Shown here in pieces: positions 1 through 9,725 of a stretch of DNA of 64,000 nucleotides. The stretch comes from Limisphaerales bacterium (lineage in GTDB: Bacteria > Verrucomicrobiota > Verrucomicrobiia > Limisphaerales > JAEYXS01): contig CBDIPT010000001.1 in assembly GCA_965283725.1 (NCBI GenBank), forward strand, positions 975,730 to 1,039,729, given 5' to 3'. The first letter of the stretch is position 1; every line of letters begins with the position of its first letter. The notes below the pieces were generated by a model that saw only the letters and a program-made list of their open reading frames with translations, ran no database searches and was not told where the DNA came from. The translations under genes and the position numbers were made by a program.

Positions 1-12
1 AAGATCAGGAAC

Positions 13-978
13 TTACTTTTTGGCGCCTTCCTCAATCAATTGTCGGCCTAGCGCATCGGTGAACAGGACAGCGCCATCCGGTGTCAGGTGGGTATAATCG
101 GCGAAATACTTTGCTGACATGATTGGGAGTGGGTTGGTCAGCAGGTGGACGCCATAATTCTTTTTCTTATCCTCCAGAAAATTCTGGTAGTCTTCTTGGA
201 AATGGAATGGCTGGCGTGATTCTTGGATAACCTTCAGCGTGGGCATTATCAACCAATAGAGGGAGATCTCTTTTGTTTGGGCGGTGCGCAGAAATTTTTC
301 GGTAAAGTAGAGGTTAAAAGCGGTTGTCTCGAATTTCTTACGGTACATCGGGTGGACACGCTTGGCGGGAAAGCGGTCTTCATCGTTTGCTTCCTGGCCG
401 TTGCTTGCCGGAATGGCTGGTTCAATCCCTTCAGGCATGCGCCGGCCTTTGATTACCTCAGCCAACTGCTCGCGATGCCGCAGGCTGTATGATAGTTTGC
501 AAGCGATACCATAGAGGACTTCAAAAGGCTCAATGCGCGCCGCTATGATTTCAGCGATTTCTGGCCACGTGGCATAAGCGCCCACCAGCAAAGCGATCCG
601 TTGTGAGGCGAATGTATGGGGGGAAGGAGCGTAGACGATCGCTTTGGGGGCGACACCAGCCGCGATTTCCCGTTGCAGGATAAAGTAGGAGAACTCCGGC
701 CCTGAACCCGACAAAGCCATGTTAAACGTGTTGGTTTTAGGCGCCAATTGGGCAGAGAGGAGATCGGAGCGGATGCCACCAGCAGCTACGGAATCACCCA
801 TGATTTGCCAGTCGGGTGGAGACGGAGGCAGATGATTGGCGCGGAAGGACCGGATGAGCGAGTTCTGGGGCAACCAGGCCAATGTGGCTTCGATCACCAC
901 GACGCACAGGGCGAAGAGGATGATGCCGGCCAGCGGATTGCTGCGGTTAAAATTGAAAATAGATGAAGGACTGCGCAT
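13..978 (-). CDS. SGNH/DltD-like membrane-anchored esterase/acyltransferase partner of the adjacent MBOAT (glycan O-acetylation)
   Basis: ORF 13..999. There is an in-frame ATG at 978; the codon at 999 is TTG. An N-terminal TM helix (GIILFALCVVVIEATLAWL) is followed by a GDS block (QIMGDSVAAGG), as in SGNH/AlgJ/DltD-type proteins. The gene overlaps the 3' end of the MBOAT gene by about 32 nt. Family assignment is by motif only. Confidence 0.6.
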   Translation of the reverse strand: MRSPSSIFNFNRSNPLAGIILFALCVVVIEATLAWLPQNSLIRSFRANHLPPSPPDWQIMGDSVAAGGIRSDLLSAQLAPKTNTFNMALSGSGPEFSYFILQREIAAGVAPKAIVYAPSPHTFASQRIALLVGAYATWPEIAEIIAARIEPFEVLYGIACKLSYSLRHREQLAEVIKGRRMPEGIEPAIPASNGQEANDEDRFPAKRVHPMYRKKFETTAFNLYFTEKFLRTAQTKEISLYWLIMPTLKVIQESRQPFHFQEDYQNFLEDKKKNYGVHLLTNPLPIMSAKYFADYTHLTPDGAVLFTDALGRQLIEEGAKK

Positions 979-2362
979 CGAATACCCCCAAGATAACAAT
1001 GGAGTAAAAACAAACGAGATAGAAAACGACCTGCAGGAGCAACGGTGCCCGGCGCATCACCATAAGGTCGCCGGTGCGATATTGGTAAAGCTGCACCAGC
1101 AGCAGCGGCCAGCAGTAGAAGAGCAGCTTGGCCACGCCGCGCACCAGATCGGCGTTGAGCTGGAAGCTGAAGAGGGCCTTGGTCATGGCCCAAAGTTGCG
1201 GAAAATCGGTCGCCCGGAAAATCAGCCAGCCGTAAAGGGTGAACACAAACATGAGGGCGATGCTGAACCATTGCCAAGCGCGTTGGCCCCAAAGCGTCTT
1301 GGGTACGGGCAGCGGGAGATACTTGGTGGCCAACCGGTGCAAGCAGAGCAGACTGCCGTGGTAGAATCCCCAGATGACAAAGGTCCAGGACGCCCCGTGC
1401 CACAGGCCGCCGAGAACCATTGTGAGCATGAGGTTCATGTAGGTGCGGGCTTCACCATGGCGATTGCCGCCCAGCGAGAAATAGAGATAATCCCGTAACC
1501 ACGTGGAGAGACTGATGTGCCAGCGTCGCCAGAAATCCTGCGGGTTTTGCGCGAAGTAGGGCAGGTTGAAATTCAACATGAGGTTGAACCCCATCAAACG
1601 GGCAGCACCGCGAGCGATGTCGGTATAACCGGAGAAATCTCCGTAAATCTGCAAGGCAAAAGCAAAAGCTCCCAGGATGACATCCGTGGTCTGATAGGTG
1701 CCGGCGGAGAAAATGCGATCGACCGTGAGGGAAAGGTTGTCCGCGATGACCATTTTCTTGAACAAGCCCCAGAGAATCAGGTAGCAGCCTTCAGCAATGC
1801 CATCACGCGTGACTTGCCGCGGCTGCTCCACTTGATCGATCAACGAGCGGGCCCTTTGGATGGGGCCGGCGACCATATGCGGGAAGAACGCCACACTCAG
1901 CGCGAAATCTTCCAGGCTTTCCGTGGGCTTCACCTCCCGCCGATAGACATCCATGGTGTAGCTCATGGACTGGAAGGTATAGAAGGAGATCCCGACCGGC
2001 AGGATGATGTGCAAGGTGGTGGGATGTACCTCAAACCCGATTGAATGCAGGAAGACCTGCAAACTGCTGGCGAAAAAGTTGAAGTATTTGAAAAAGCCCA
2101 GAAACCCGAGATTGAAGATGATGCTCCAGAACAGGATCTGCTTACGTTTGCGGGGGGCGGCCGTTTTTTCTAGCCAGGCCCCGACGTAGAAATCCACTAC
2201 TGTAGAGATCAGAATCAAAGAGACGAAGCGCCAATCCCAACAAGCATAGAAGAAGTAGCTGGCGGCCAGCAGCATGCGGTTCTGCGCCCGGTGGGGCAGC
2301 ACATAATAGAGCCCCAGCACCACCGCGAAGAAAACCGCAAACTCTATGGTGTTGAACAGCAT
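947..2362 (-). CDS. MBOAT family O-acyltransferase (AlgI/DltB-like)
   Basis: A 471-aa polytopic protein starting at ATG 2362. It has the characteristic N-terminus MLFNTIEFAVFF and the block FWRRWHISLSTWLRDYLYFSLGGNRHG, which contains the conserved MBOAT His. Confidence 0.9.
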   Translation of the reverse strand: MLFNTIEFAVFFAVVLGLYYVLPHRAQNRMLLAASYFFYACWDWRFVSLILISTVVDFYVGAWLEKTAAPRKRKQILFWSIIFNLGFLGFFKYFNFFASSLQVFLHSIGFEVHPTTLHIILPVGISFYTFQSMSYTMDVYRREVKPTESLEDFALSVAFFPHMVAGPIQRARSLIDQVEQPRQVTRDGIAEGCYLILWGLFKKMVIADNLSLTVDRIFSAGTYQTTDVILGAFAFALQIYGDFSGYTDIARGAARLMGFNLMLNFNLPYFAQNPQDFWRRWHISLSTWLRDYLYFSLGGNRHGEARTYMNLMLTMVLGGLWHGASWTFVIWGFYHGSLLCLHRLATKYLPLPVPKTLWGQRAWQWFSIALMFVFTLYGWLIFRATDFPQLWAMTKALFSFQLNADLVRGVAKLLFYCWPLLLVQLYQYRTGDLMVMRRAPLLLQVVFYLVCFYSIVILGVFDAQSFIYFQF

Positions 2363-2478
2363 GTTGTATCGGAAAACGGACTTACTAAGACTGATGTTTA
2401 CGTTGTTTCACCAGACTGAAAAACTTGCGCCGGATGGTCGTTGCGGACGGGAGTTGCTGTCAATGGTATTTGACCTGT

Positions 2479-3663
2479 TCAAGCTGTGGTTCCGGAACCA
2501 AGGCCAAGGCATTCACGATAGAAGGTGAGATTGTTAAGCAGCCATTGGCGACGGTCAAAGTGAGCCAGGACACGTTGACGAGCTGCATCGCCGAGTTGCT
2601 GGCCCAAAGTGGGATTACGCAGGATTTGGAGCAGCTTTTCCGCGAGATTGGCTGGGCTTTCAGGGTCGCACAACAGGCCGGATACATTGTCCTCAATCAC
2701 TTCCGGGCCTGGGCCGGTTTGGGAGTAGATGGTCGGTTTACCGATGGACATGGCTTCCACCGGAGCCAAACCGAAGGTTTCGATACGTGAAGGGTAGCAA
2801 CCGATTTGAGCCTTCCGCAGCCAGTTCACAACCCCGGTGCGACGGTCCAGACGTCCGGGAAACTCGATGCGTACACGGGCGGCTGCAGGTAATGACGCCA
2901 GCAATTGGCCGAGATCTGAGTCCGCTGGCAAGTTACCACCGATGATGGCCAGACGAGCATGCGGGGCCTGTTTCACCACCTGCGGCATGGCTAGTAACAG
3001 AGTATCCAGTCCTTTGCGGCGGTTCAGCGAGTTTACAAAGACAATTAGCCCGCTCTCGGTCTGAATTTCAGGGCTCGGGCTGAAGAGGCTGGTATCGACG
3101 GCATTGTAAACCACAGTGCCAGGATGCTCTTTTTCACCACAACGAATTAGCGATTGCTCGTAGGCATATCGGGAAACTCCGCCCCAAAAGGAGCCTGCTC
3201 GCAGGGTTTGCCGTTCGAGTTGATGGATCAGCGGAATTCCCGGGCGCTTTAGTTCATGGTCATAGAGGAGGTTGGAACCATGCAACCGGATCACCGTGGG
3301 GACTGGCAATCCACTGCCATTAGGGAGCCAGCCGTCATAGTCCGGACATTCCAACAGATCAAAGGGCGTTTGTTGATGGCATTTCTGGAGGAAACGGATA
3401 AAGCGCCAGCGTTCCAATTGTGTAATTAGCCGCCAAGGTCTTTGAAAAGGCAGCTTGGGCAGGATTTTGATCGGCGGTTTTGCCTGCCCAGCAGTTGATA
3501 GGTCTACCGGATAACTCAAGCGGCTGGGAGCCAGCACGGAGACCCGCCAGCCAGAGGAGATGAGGCTCTCAGCGAGATCTTGGGAATAGGAACCGATGCC
3601 GCCATGTGGGGCGGGTGGATATTCCGGGCAGATAAGCCCCAGATGTGGTGTTTTGCTAGCCAT
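2479..3663 (-). CDS. Glycosyltransferase family 4 (GT-B)
   Basis: ORF 2479..3711. The ATG at 3663 (MASKTPHLGLICPEY) leaves a 17-nt gap after the upstream gene. The N-terminal GGIGSY motif and the C-terminal PSRIETFGLAPVEAMSIGKPTI...G.L block (E-x7-E type) support GT4. Confidence 0.85.
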   Translation of the reverse strand: MASKTPHLGLICPEYPPAPHGGIGSYSQDLAESLISSGWRVSVLAPSRLSYPVDLSTAGQAKPPIKILPKLPFQRPWRLITQLERWRFIRFLQKCHQQTPFDLLECPDYDGWLPNGSGLPVPTVIRLHGSNLLYDHELKRPGIPLIHQLERQTLRAGSFWGGVSRYAYEQSLIRCGEKEHPGTVVYNAVDTSLFSPSPEIQTESGLIVFVNSLNRRKGLDTLLLAMPQVVKQAPHARLAIIGGNLPADSDLGQLLASLPAAARVRIEFPGRLDRRTGVVNWLRKAQIGCYPSRIETFGLAPVEAMSIGKPTIYSQTGPGPEVIEDNVSGLLCDPESPANLAEKLLQILRNPTLGQQLGDAARQRVLAHFDRRQWLLNNLTFYRECLGLGSGTTA

Positions 3664-3680
3664 GGCCGGACTATGCAGGG

Positions 3681-4703
3681 TCAAGTTTTCTTCACCTGCG
3701 ATCGGAACCAAGGTGCCGGTTTGCCGGTAAGAATGATCCGGGCCAAAGCTCCCAGCACCAGTTTCCGCGGGCGGATGTGTGCAGCGATGCTGGCCCGGTT
3801 TTGCAGATAACGCAAAGCAGCCAGCCGGCCTTTTTGCACGAGCAAGGTGTAGGTGATATCCATCATATACCCTGCTTCATATTCTACGAGCCAACGGCGG
3901 GATTGAGCTTGTTCTCCGGCGGGCAGGTTACTGACGAATTGATCGAAAATCTCCCAGTCTTCCTCGATCGTGCGGCGCAAATTTGACTGGGTCTTGCTAT
4001 CCGGATGGAGCCGGAACCCGGCGGCGACGAAATCTTTGCAAACGGGGGTGAAGCCTTGCAGCAAAAGCCGGAACCAATACTCGTGATCGAAGGAGTAGTG
4101 CCGTTGTTCATTCAAAAGGCCATTTTTTTTCAACGCCTGACGGCTCCAGAATATGCCGGGCTGGTGCATGGCGTATTGCTGCCGTCCGAGCAGGGCGGCG
4201 GCTGATTGGAAGCGGGGCAAAACCAGGGTATGCAGTTCGCCGCCGTCCCAGAAATTTTGCACGCCACATGCCAGCCAATGGCTCTCGGGGTTTTCGCGGA
4301 AATGGCGTCCGACGAATTCCAATGTGCCGGGCTTGTACCAGTCGTCCGAATTAAGCCAGGCGACGACATCGCCCGTAGCCCGCTCCAATCCTTTGTTGAT
4401 AGCGTGACCCTGTCCCCGATCGGGCTCGCTAACACCCCACGCCAGATGCGACGAATATTTTTGGATGAGGGCCGGGGAATTATCACGACTCCCGCCGTCG
4501 ATCACAAAGTACTCCAAGTTGGGATAACCTTGGAGCAAGATGGAGCGAATAGTTTCCTCCAGATAGCAGCCTTGATTAAACGAAGGGGTGATCACCGTAA
4601 TCTTGGGCCAGTGAAGGCTGAGATCATAAGCCGGGGTTTCTTCAGCAGACCATGGCCAGCCGGTACGCGGAGTTTCCGGAGGGGGCAGAGGGATTGTTTT
4701 CAT
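3681..4703 (-). CDS. Glycosyltransferase family 2
   Basis: The block ITVITPSFNQGCYLEETIRSILLQGYPNLEYFVIDGGSRDNS and a later NSDD (DxD-like) motif support GT2. The ATG at 4703 overlaps the upstream stop (ATGA). Confidence 0.85.
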   Translation of the reverse strand: MKTIPLPPPETPRTGWPWSAEETPAYDLSLHWPKITVITPSFNQGCYLEETIRSILLQGYPNLEYFVIDGGSRDNSPALIQKYSSHLAWGVSEPDRGQGHAINKGLERATGDVVAWLNSDDWYKPGTLEFVGRHFRENPESHWLACGVQNFWDGGELHTLVLPRFQSAAALLGRQQYAMHQPGIFWSRQALKKNGLLNEQRHYSFDHEYWFRLLLQGFTPVCKDFVAAGFRLHPDSKTQSNLRRTIEEDWEIFDQFVSNLPAGEQAQSRRWLVEYEAGYMMDITYTLLVQKGRLAALRYLQNRASIAAHIRPRKLVLGALARIILTGKPAPWFRSQVKKT

Positions 4704-5836
4704 GCAGTCCCCGGTGAGCTGGCCACTTGTTGGACCAAGGATTGAAATTTTTGCGCGTAGGCCAACCGGCGCGATTCATTGTTCTTACGGGCTTCCGCTT
4801 CCCGGGTCGATTGTGGGCCCGTTTGTTCGTTCTGCCACAGTTCGGCGATAAGGGCGGCCAAAGAGGCGGCATCTTCCAGCGGGAAATACTTTGTGTGTGG
4901 CGGGTTTTGTTCCCGAAAAGGATCGATGTCCGAGAGAATGAGTGATTTGCCCAAGGATCTGGCTTCTTCAACACTCATGCCAAAACCTTCAAAACGCGAA
5001 GGGTTGATGACGCCGATGCTTTGCCGCATGAGCTGCAGCACATGATCGCGCGGGACCAGCCCCAAGAATGCTACCTGCTCGCGGATGCCCATCACAGATA
5101 TCTGCTTCAACACTTCGGAAAAATAATTGGTGTGACGGTTATCACCGGGAAACCCGCTGCAGACAAGAAAGGGTTTGATACCGCGGGCGTGCAGGAGCTG
5201 CAAAGCGGCAAAGACGATCTGATGGTTTTTGTGTTTCCAAAACTGATTGGGCAAAAACAGGAAACGTTCGGGCAGATGGTAATGACGGCGAACATCATCG
5301 GCCGAGACCTCAAACAAAGCGTCAGGCAAAGCGGTGACCGGCGGAAGCAAATGAACTTTGCCGGCGGCCTGTGGATAGGCGCGTTCGAAATCGCTCTGGA
5401 CCGAGCGGCTCCAGACGATGACGGCAGCGGAACGCCGGGCGATGACGGAAAATTCGCGGTCACGCCGCTGCCGTTCCTCGGCCGAGAAGAGGTCCGGCAG
5501 GTGAACGTGCTGAAAATCGTAAACGTAGTTGAGACAGGGTATGCCCGATCCTTGCGGAGGGATGGCGAAGGCCACGGCGTTGACCTGCGCGCGGCGCAAA
5601 GCCCTGACTTCGCCCAATTCCCAGCCGGTCAGTTTCGTCACACTGCGCTCGATGAACCAGGCTGGCGTGCCACGGGGTGGCGGAGAGGCGTGCAGGTATT
5701 CATCAGCCAAGGCCACCAGTTCTGGGGGGCAGATTCCTTCGGTTTCTGCGAATACAACACCGTGCGCAAAGGTTGTTCCGGCAGCGTGCGCAGCGCGGTC
5801 AACAAATCGCAGGCATAAACCCGTGGAAAAATCCAA
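4700..5836 (-). CDS. Glycosyltransferase family 1/4 (GT-B)
   Basis: A C-terminal INPSRFEGFGMSVEEARSLGKSLILSDI motif supports the family. The only available start is TTG at 5836, so the N-terminus is uncertain. Confidence 0.75.
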   Translation of the reverse strand: MDFSTGLCLRFVDRAAHAAGTTFAHGVVFAETEGICPPELVALADEYLHASPPPRGTPAWFIERSVTKLTGWELGEVRALRRAQVNAVAFAIPPQGSGIPCLNYVYDFQHVHLPDLFSAEERQRRDREFSVIARRSAAVIVWSRSVQSDFERAYPQAAGKVHLLPPVTALPDALFEVSADDVRRHYHLPERFLFLPNQFWKHKNHQIVFAALQLLHARGIKPFLVCSGFPGDNRHTNYFSEVLKQISVMGIREQVAFLGLVPRDHVLQLMRQSIGVINPSRFEGFGMSVEEARSLGKSLILSDIDPFREQNPPHTKYFPLEDAASLAALIAELWQNEQTGPQSTREAEARKNNESRRLAYAQKFQSLVQQVASSPGTA

Positions 5837-5906
5837 CCGGCCCCGCCCATCAAAGGCAGGGCGAGGCGGAGTTTGGGTGAAGGAGAGTCAGCCATGCGGC
5901 AATTGT

Positions 5907-6938
5907 TTAGTGGGCGGGCGGAAAGAGCTCGGGATTTGCCTGCACCCAATCCAGAAGGCGACCGACGCCCGCTTCCGGAGAGGTCCGAGGTTGCCAACCG
6001 CAGGCTTTTTGGACCGCGCGGACATCGCTGACATAGATCTTCTGATCGCCTGGGCGCCAGTCACCGAAGGCCGGTTTGATCTTCCGGCCGAGCAGTTTTT
6101 CCAGCATGGCCACGAGTTCCAGCAGGGAGACGGAGTAATTGGCACTGCCACCCACGTTGTAAACCTGGCCGCTCATAGTTTGCGGCTGCTCGATGGCCAA
6201 GCGATAGAGCTCGCACAGATCCTCGACGAACAAGAGATCGCGGACTTGCTTGCCATCGCCATAGATGGTGAGCGGGCGGCCCAGCACGGCCGAGATGATG
6301 AAGTGAGCCACCCAGCCTTGATCTTCATTGCCGAACTGGCGCGTGCCGTAGATGCAAGACTGGCGGAACACCATGGTGGGCAGATCGTAGATCCGGGCGT
6401 AGTCACGGAAATACTGATCGGCACTGCCCTTGGAGCAGCCGTAGGGCGAATGGAAATCCAACGGGAATGTCTCTGGAATGCCCAAGGGCAGATCACGGTA
6501 GGCATAACGGCTGGCGTGTTCTTCGACCACGACCCCTTCCATACCGCCATACACCTTGTTGGTGGAAGAGTAGAGCGTAACGGGTTTGCGGCCCGAGAGG
6601 CGGGCGGCTTCCAACACATTGAAGGCACCAAGGCAATTGATCTCGAAATCACTCCGCGGATTGGTGACCGAGGTGGTAACGGCAACTTGCGCCGCCAGAT
6701 GCAAAATGGCATCGGCATCGGCCGTGACCTGCCGGACGGTGTCGAAATTGGTGATGGAACCGACGATGATCGCAAGCTGGTCTGAGTTCAGTGACTTCAA
6801 CCAGTCAACATTGGCCTTCACTCCACGACGGGAGAGGTCGTCGAGGATGGTGACCCGGTAACCCCGATCCAAGAAGTGCTTGGCGGCGTTGGCACCGATG
6901 AAGCCGGCACCGCCGGTGATGCAGATATGTTTTCCCAT
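5907..6938 (-). CDS. NAD-dependent nucleotide-sugar epimerase, CDP-paratose/tyvelose 2-epimerase (RfbE)-like SDR
   Basis: The Rossmann motif ITGGAGFIGAN is present. The blocks STNKVYG, LDFHSPYGCSKGSADQY, DQGWV and GDGKQVRD closely resemble my recollection of Salmonella tyvelose epimerase. Confidence 0.8.
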   Translation of the reverse strand: MGKHICITGGAGFIGANAAKHFLDRGYRVTILDDLSRRGVKANVDWLKSLNSDQLAIIVGSITNFDTVRQVTADADAILHLAAQVAVTTSVTNPRSDFEINCLGAFNVLEAARLSGRKPVTLYSSTNKVYGGMEGVVVEEHASRYAYRDLPLGIPETFPLDFHSPYGCSKGSADQYFRDYARIYDLPTMVFRQSCIYGTRQFGNEDQGWVAHFIISAVLGRPLTIYGDGKQVRDLLFVEDLCELYRLAIEQPQTMSGQVYNVGGSANYSVSLLELVAMLEKLLGRKIKPAFGDWRPGDQKIYVSDVRAVQKACGWQPRTSPEAGVGRLLDWVQANPELFPPAH

Positions 6939-6970
6939 GTGAGTATATGCTTCTGATTAAATTATTGATT

Positions 6971-8047
6971 CTACCCGTCAATGGCCGGATTTCCCAGGCG
7001 ATAAACCGAAAGCTCTTTTGGTGGCCAAGCCGCGGGGAAGGTATGGAGCAACTGCTGCATGATGGCAACCGAAGAAACACTTAGTTCCGGTCCCACCCCA
7101 AAACCGCGCAGTGCGCATTTCACGAGCCAGCCGGGTTCCTGCCGCAGGGCGGCGCGGAATCCTTGCCAAAACCGGCCGGGCTCCTGCCGCAGCACCCAGC
7201 GATAGAGTTCAAATTTTTCCCGATAAGCGGCTTCGGCAACATGCATGATAGCCGCTTGCCAGCCAGGCCGGGTGCGCCAGGCGGGAGGGATGCCGGAGTT
7301 GGGATCGGCGAGGACGGCCTGCAACGAGTCGCGTATGGACTTGCGCGCGGCCAAGGTCCATTTCATGGCGCTGGCCTGGCGGGAATGAATGCGCCAGGTG
7401 GCGAGTTTTTCCGGGAACCAGGCGATGTCGCCCGTTAGCGCGGCGCGCATCGTCCATTCCATATCCGCCAAGGAACCCATGTCCGTGCGGAACAGGCCGG
7501 TCCTGTCCAGGATGGAGCGACGGAAGAGCACTGCGGTCATGGTGACCCAGACGTTCCCAAAGCAGGCGTGCAACAAAAACTCCGCGGGTCCGCTGCGCAC
7601 GGAAGAGCGGTGATACCAGTCACCCAGAAACTCCAGGGATTTTAGCGGCGGTTGTTCGATTGGACGGCTTTGTTCATCGATGGGCTGGTGCTGGCAGACG
7701 GCGACTTGGATTTGGGGATGACGTTCCAAGGGGGCCAGCAATGTTTCCAGCAGCTTGGGCTCTGCGGTGTCATCGCTTGTGGCCATGTAGATGTATCGGC
7801 CGGTAGCGCGGCGCAAGCATTCGTTCCAGCCGGCGTAAATGCCTTCGCGCGGGACTTGGAACAGTTTCACGCGGGGATCGGATTTGTAGAGCTGGAAGAA
7901 TTCCCAGCTGCCGTCGTTGGAATAGCTGTCGCAGACGATCAACTCCCAATCTTGCACGCTCTGGGCCAACAAAGAATCCATCCGTTCCTTCAGAAAAGGA
8001 CGGGTGTTCAAACTGGGCAGGCAGAGGGTGACGAGCGGGGATTTCAA
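6971..8047 (-). CDS. Glycosyltransferase family 2
   Basis: The block VTLCLPSLNTRPFLKERMDSLLAQSVQDWELIVCDSYSNDGS and a later TSDD motif support GT2. The start codon is TTG at 8047, 6 nt after the upstream stop. Confidence 0.8.
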   Translation of the reverse strand: MKSPLVTLCLPSLNTRPFLKERMDSLLAQSVQDWELIVCDSYSNDGSWEFFQLYKSDPRVKLFQVPREGIYAGWNECLRRATGRYIYMATSDDTAEPKLLETLLAPLERHPQIQVAVCQHQPIDEQSRPIEQPPLKSLEFLGDWYHRSSVRSGPAEFLLHACFGNVWVTMTAVLFRRSILDRTGLFRTDMGSLADMEWTMRAALTGDIAWFPEKLATWRIHSRQASAMKWTLAARKSIRDSLQAVLADPNSGIPPAWRTRPGWQAAIMHVAEAAYREKFELYRWVLRQEPGRFWQGFRAALRQEPGWLVKCALRGFGVGPELSVSSVAIMQQLLHTFPAAWPPKELSVYRLGNPAIDG

Positions 8048-8053
8048 GGTGTT

Positions 8054-9163
8054 TTAGGCGATAGCTTTATAGAGTTGCATGGTTTGGTCGGCAGTCTGAT
8101 CCCAAGAGAATTTGGCGGCTTGCGAGAAGCCTTGCTGAATGAGGCGGGAACGAAGGCCGGGGGAATGCAGTAATTGGTTGATGCAGCCGGTTAGCTCATC
8201 CAAGGAGTCAGGATTGAAGGTGAGGCCGGCTGTGCCGACGACTTCCGGCAAGCTACCGCCGTTGGAACTGATGACAGCTGTGCCTGCCTGCATCGCTTCA
8301 ACGGGGGGAAGCCCGAACCCTTCGTAACGGGAGGGATATACCAAAGCTTGGGAATGGCGATAGAGACGATCGATGGTCTGATCATCGGGTTCGGGTATCA
8401 GCCGGATGCGGGAACTGCCGGGCAATTGGGCCAAGGTGCGTTTTTCTTCCTCGGTCCACGCCGGCCCGGCGACGTAAAGGTGCAGGTCTCTCTCAGCCGG
8501 GGCTACTTGGGCGAAAGCCTGCAGGAGCAGGGCGAAGTTTTTGTAGCGCGAGCGTCTTTGCCCAACGTAAAGCAGATAGGGGGGATCTTGCGTAACAGGG
8601 CTTGATTCTGCTGGCGATTTCACGGGCTGGTCGGCGGCCAGATAAATAACCTTTAGGCGGTCAGCCGGGATTTTGACCAGCTCCAGTACGTCCGCTTTGG
8701 TTTTCTCGGAGATACAGATGACGACGTCCGCGGCCAGAATGGCTTGACGTTTGGTTTCTAAAAACTGGGCGGCACCGGGAAATTCCTGGGGGAACAGTTC
8801 ATGGATCATGTCATACACGGTGACGACCAAAGCCCCTTTCTGACGTCTGAGCGGTTGACCATCCAACCCGTTATAATAGGTGGGATGCTGGATGGCATGC
8901 GGGACCCAGCGTTCGTGATGACGGCAAAGCCATTTCTCGAGAGGAGAAAAAAGACGCCATGGACGGTAGCGGCTGGTCTGGAGCTGCAAGGTGCGCAGCC
9001 GCGGATGCCGGGGAGCGAAGCCGTCATTGCGGCCAAGCAAACTGAGCCAAGGCGTGTGTTCCGCTGGCAACCGCTCGATCAGGCGCTGGAAATAACGGCT
9101 GATGCCGCCAAAGGGCTGGCCCATGGAACGGGAAAAAATGGTGCCTTCGTAGAAGATGTTCAT
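8054..9163 (-). CDS. Glycosyltransferase family 4 (GT-B)
   Basis: ORF 8054..9244. The ATG at 9163 (MNIFYEG) overlaps the rmlC stop as ATGA. The motif YPSRYEGFGLPPVEAMQAGTAVISSNGGSLPEVVG supports GT4. Confidence 0.85.
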   Translation of the reverse strand: MNIFYEGTIFSRSMGQPFGGISRYFQRLIERLPAEHTPWLSLLGRNDGFAPRHPRLRTLQLQTSRYRPWRLFSPLEKWLCRHHERWVPHAIQHPTYYNGLDGQPLRRQKGALVVTVYDMIHELFPQEFPGAAQFLETKRQAILAADVVICISEKTKADVLELVKIPADRLKVIYLAADQPVKSPAESSPVTQDPPYLLYVGQRRSRYKNFALLLQAFAQVAPAERDLHLYVAGPAWTEEEKRTLAQLPGSSRIRLIPEPDDQTIDRLYRHSQALVYPSRYEGFGLPPVEAMQAGTAVISSNGGSLPEVVGTAGLTFNPDSLDELTGCINQLLHSPGLRSRLIQQGFSQAAKFSWDQTADQTMQLYKAIA

Positions 9164-9696
9164 ACGGTGGGCGGCTCCAAGGGGGCTTGCCGGTCGCGGT
9201 CTGAGAGAATGGGGTCGGAAACCGGCCAATCCACCGCGCACCATGGCGAGTTCCAGCGCAAGCCGCGACCGGCGGACGGTTGATAGGGTTGCGCCATCTG
9301 ATAAAAGACCTCGCTGTTATCCTGCAAGGTCTGGAAACCATGGGCGAAGCCGGAAGGGATGTAGAGGGACAGACCGTTGGTTTCGCTGAGTTCCAGCGCC
9401 ACCCATTGTTTATAGGTTGGAGAGGCGGGTCGCAGGTCCACGGCGACATCAAAGATGGCTCCACGCGTGCAGCGGACGAGCTTGTCCTCGCCGTAGGGTG
9501 CGAGTTGAAAATGGAGCCCGCGCAAGGTGCCTCGTTTGTGGTTGAAGGAGGTGCTGCATTGGATGAGTCCGGGGTTCAGGCCGTGGGCGGCAAACTCCGC
9601 CGTGCACCAAGTGCGTGCAAAATAGCCCCGCTCATCGGCGAAACGTTCCGGCTCCACCAGCCAGACATCCGGGATTTTGGTGCGGGTATATTTCAT
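9160..9696 (-). CDS. rfbC: dTDP-4-dehydrorhamnose 3,5-epimerase family (RmlC cupin)
   Basis: The N-terminal region IPDVWLVEPERFADERGYFARTW...GTLRGLHFQ and the later HGFQTL block are canonical RmlC motifs. The protein is 178 aa. Confidence 0.9.
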   Translation of the reverse strand: MKYTRTKIPDVWLVEPERFADERGYFARTWCTAEFAAHGLNPGLIQCSTSFNHKRGTLRGLHFQLAPYGEDKLVRCTRGAIFDVAVDLRPASPTYKQWVALELSETNGLSLYIPSGFAHGFQTLQDNSEVFYQMAQPYQPSAGRGLRWNSPWCAVDWPVSDPILSDRDRQAPLEPPTV

Positions 9697-9725
9697 TTTA
9701 GCAAATCTGTGGCGTTAATCCGTTT

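Noticed and set aside
5529-6785. Other long shadow ORFs: 5529..6785 (+, 418 aa), 17461..18594 (-, 377 aa), 41898..42950 (+, 350 aa), 45968..46996 (-, 342 aa), 48049..49104 (-, 351 aa), 35738..36583 (+, 281 aa), 32427..33263 (-, 278 aa) and 31334..32164 (-, 276 aa).
   Set aside because: Each overlaps a gene with clear family motifs on the opposite strand and shows Arg/Gly/His-rich junk composition. None has a plausible start context or domain signature.
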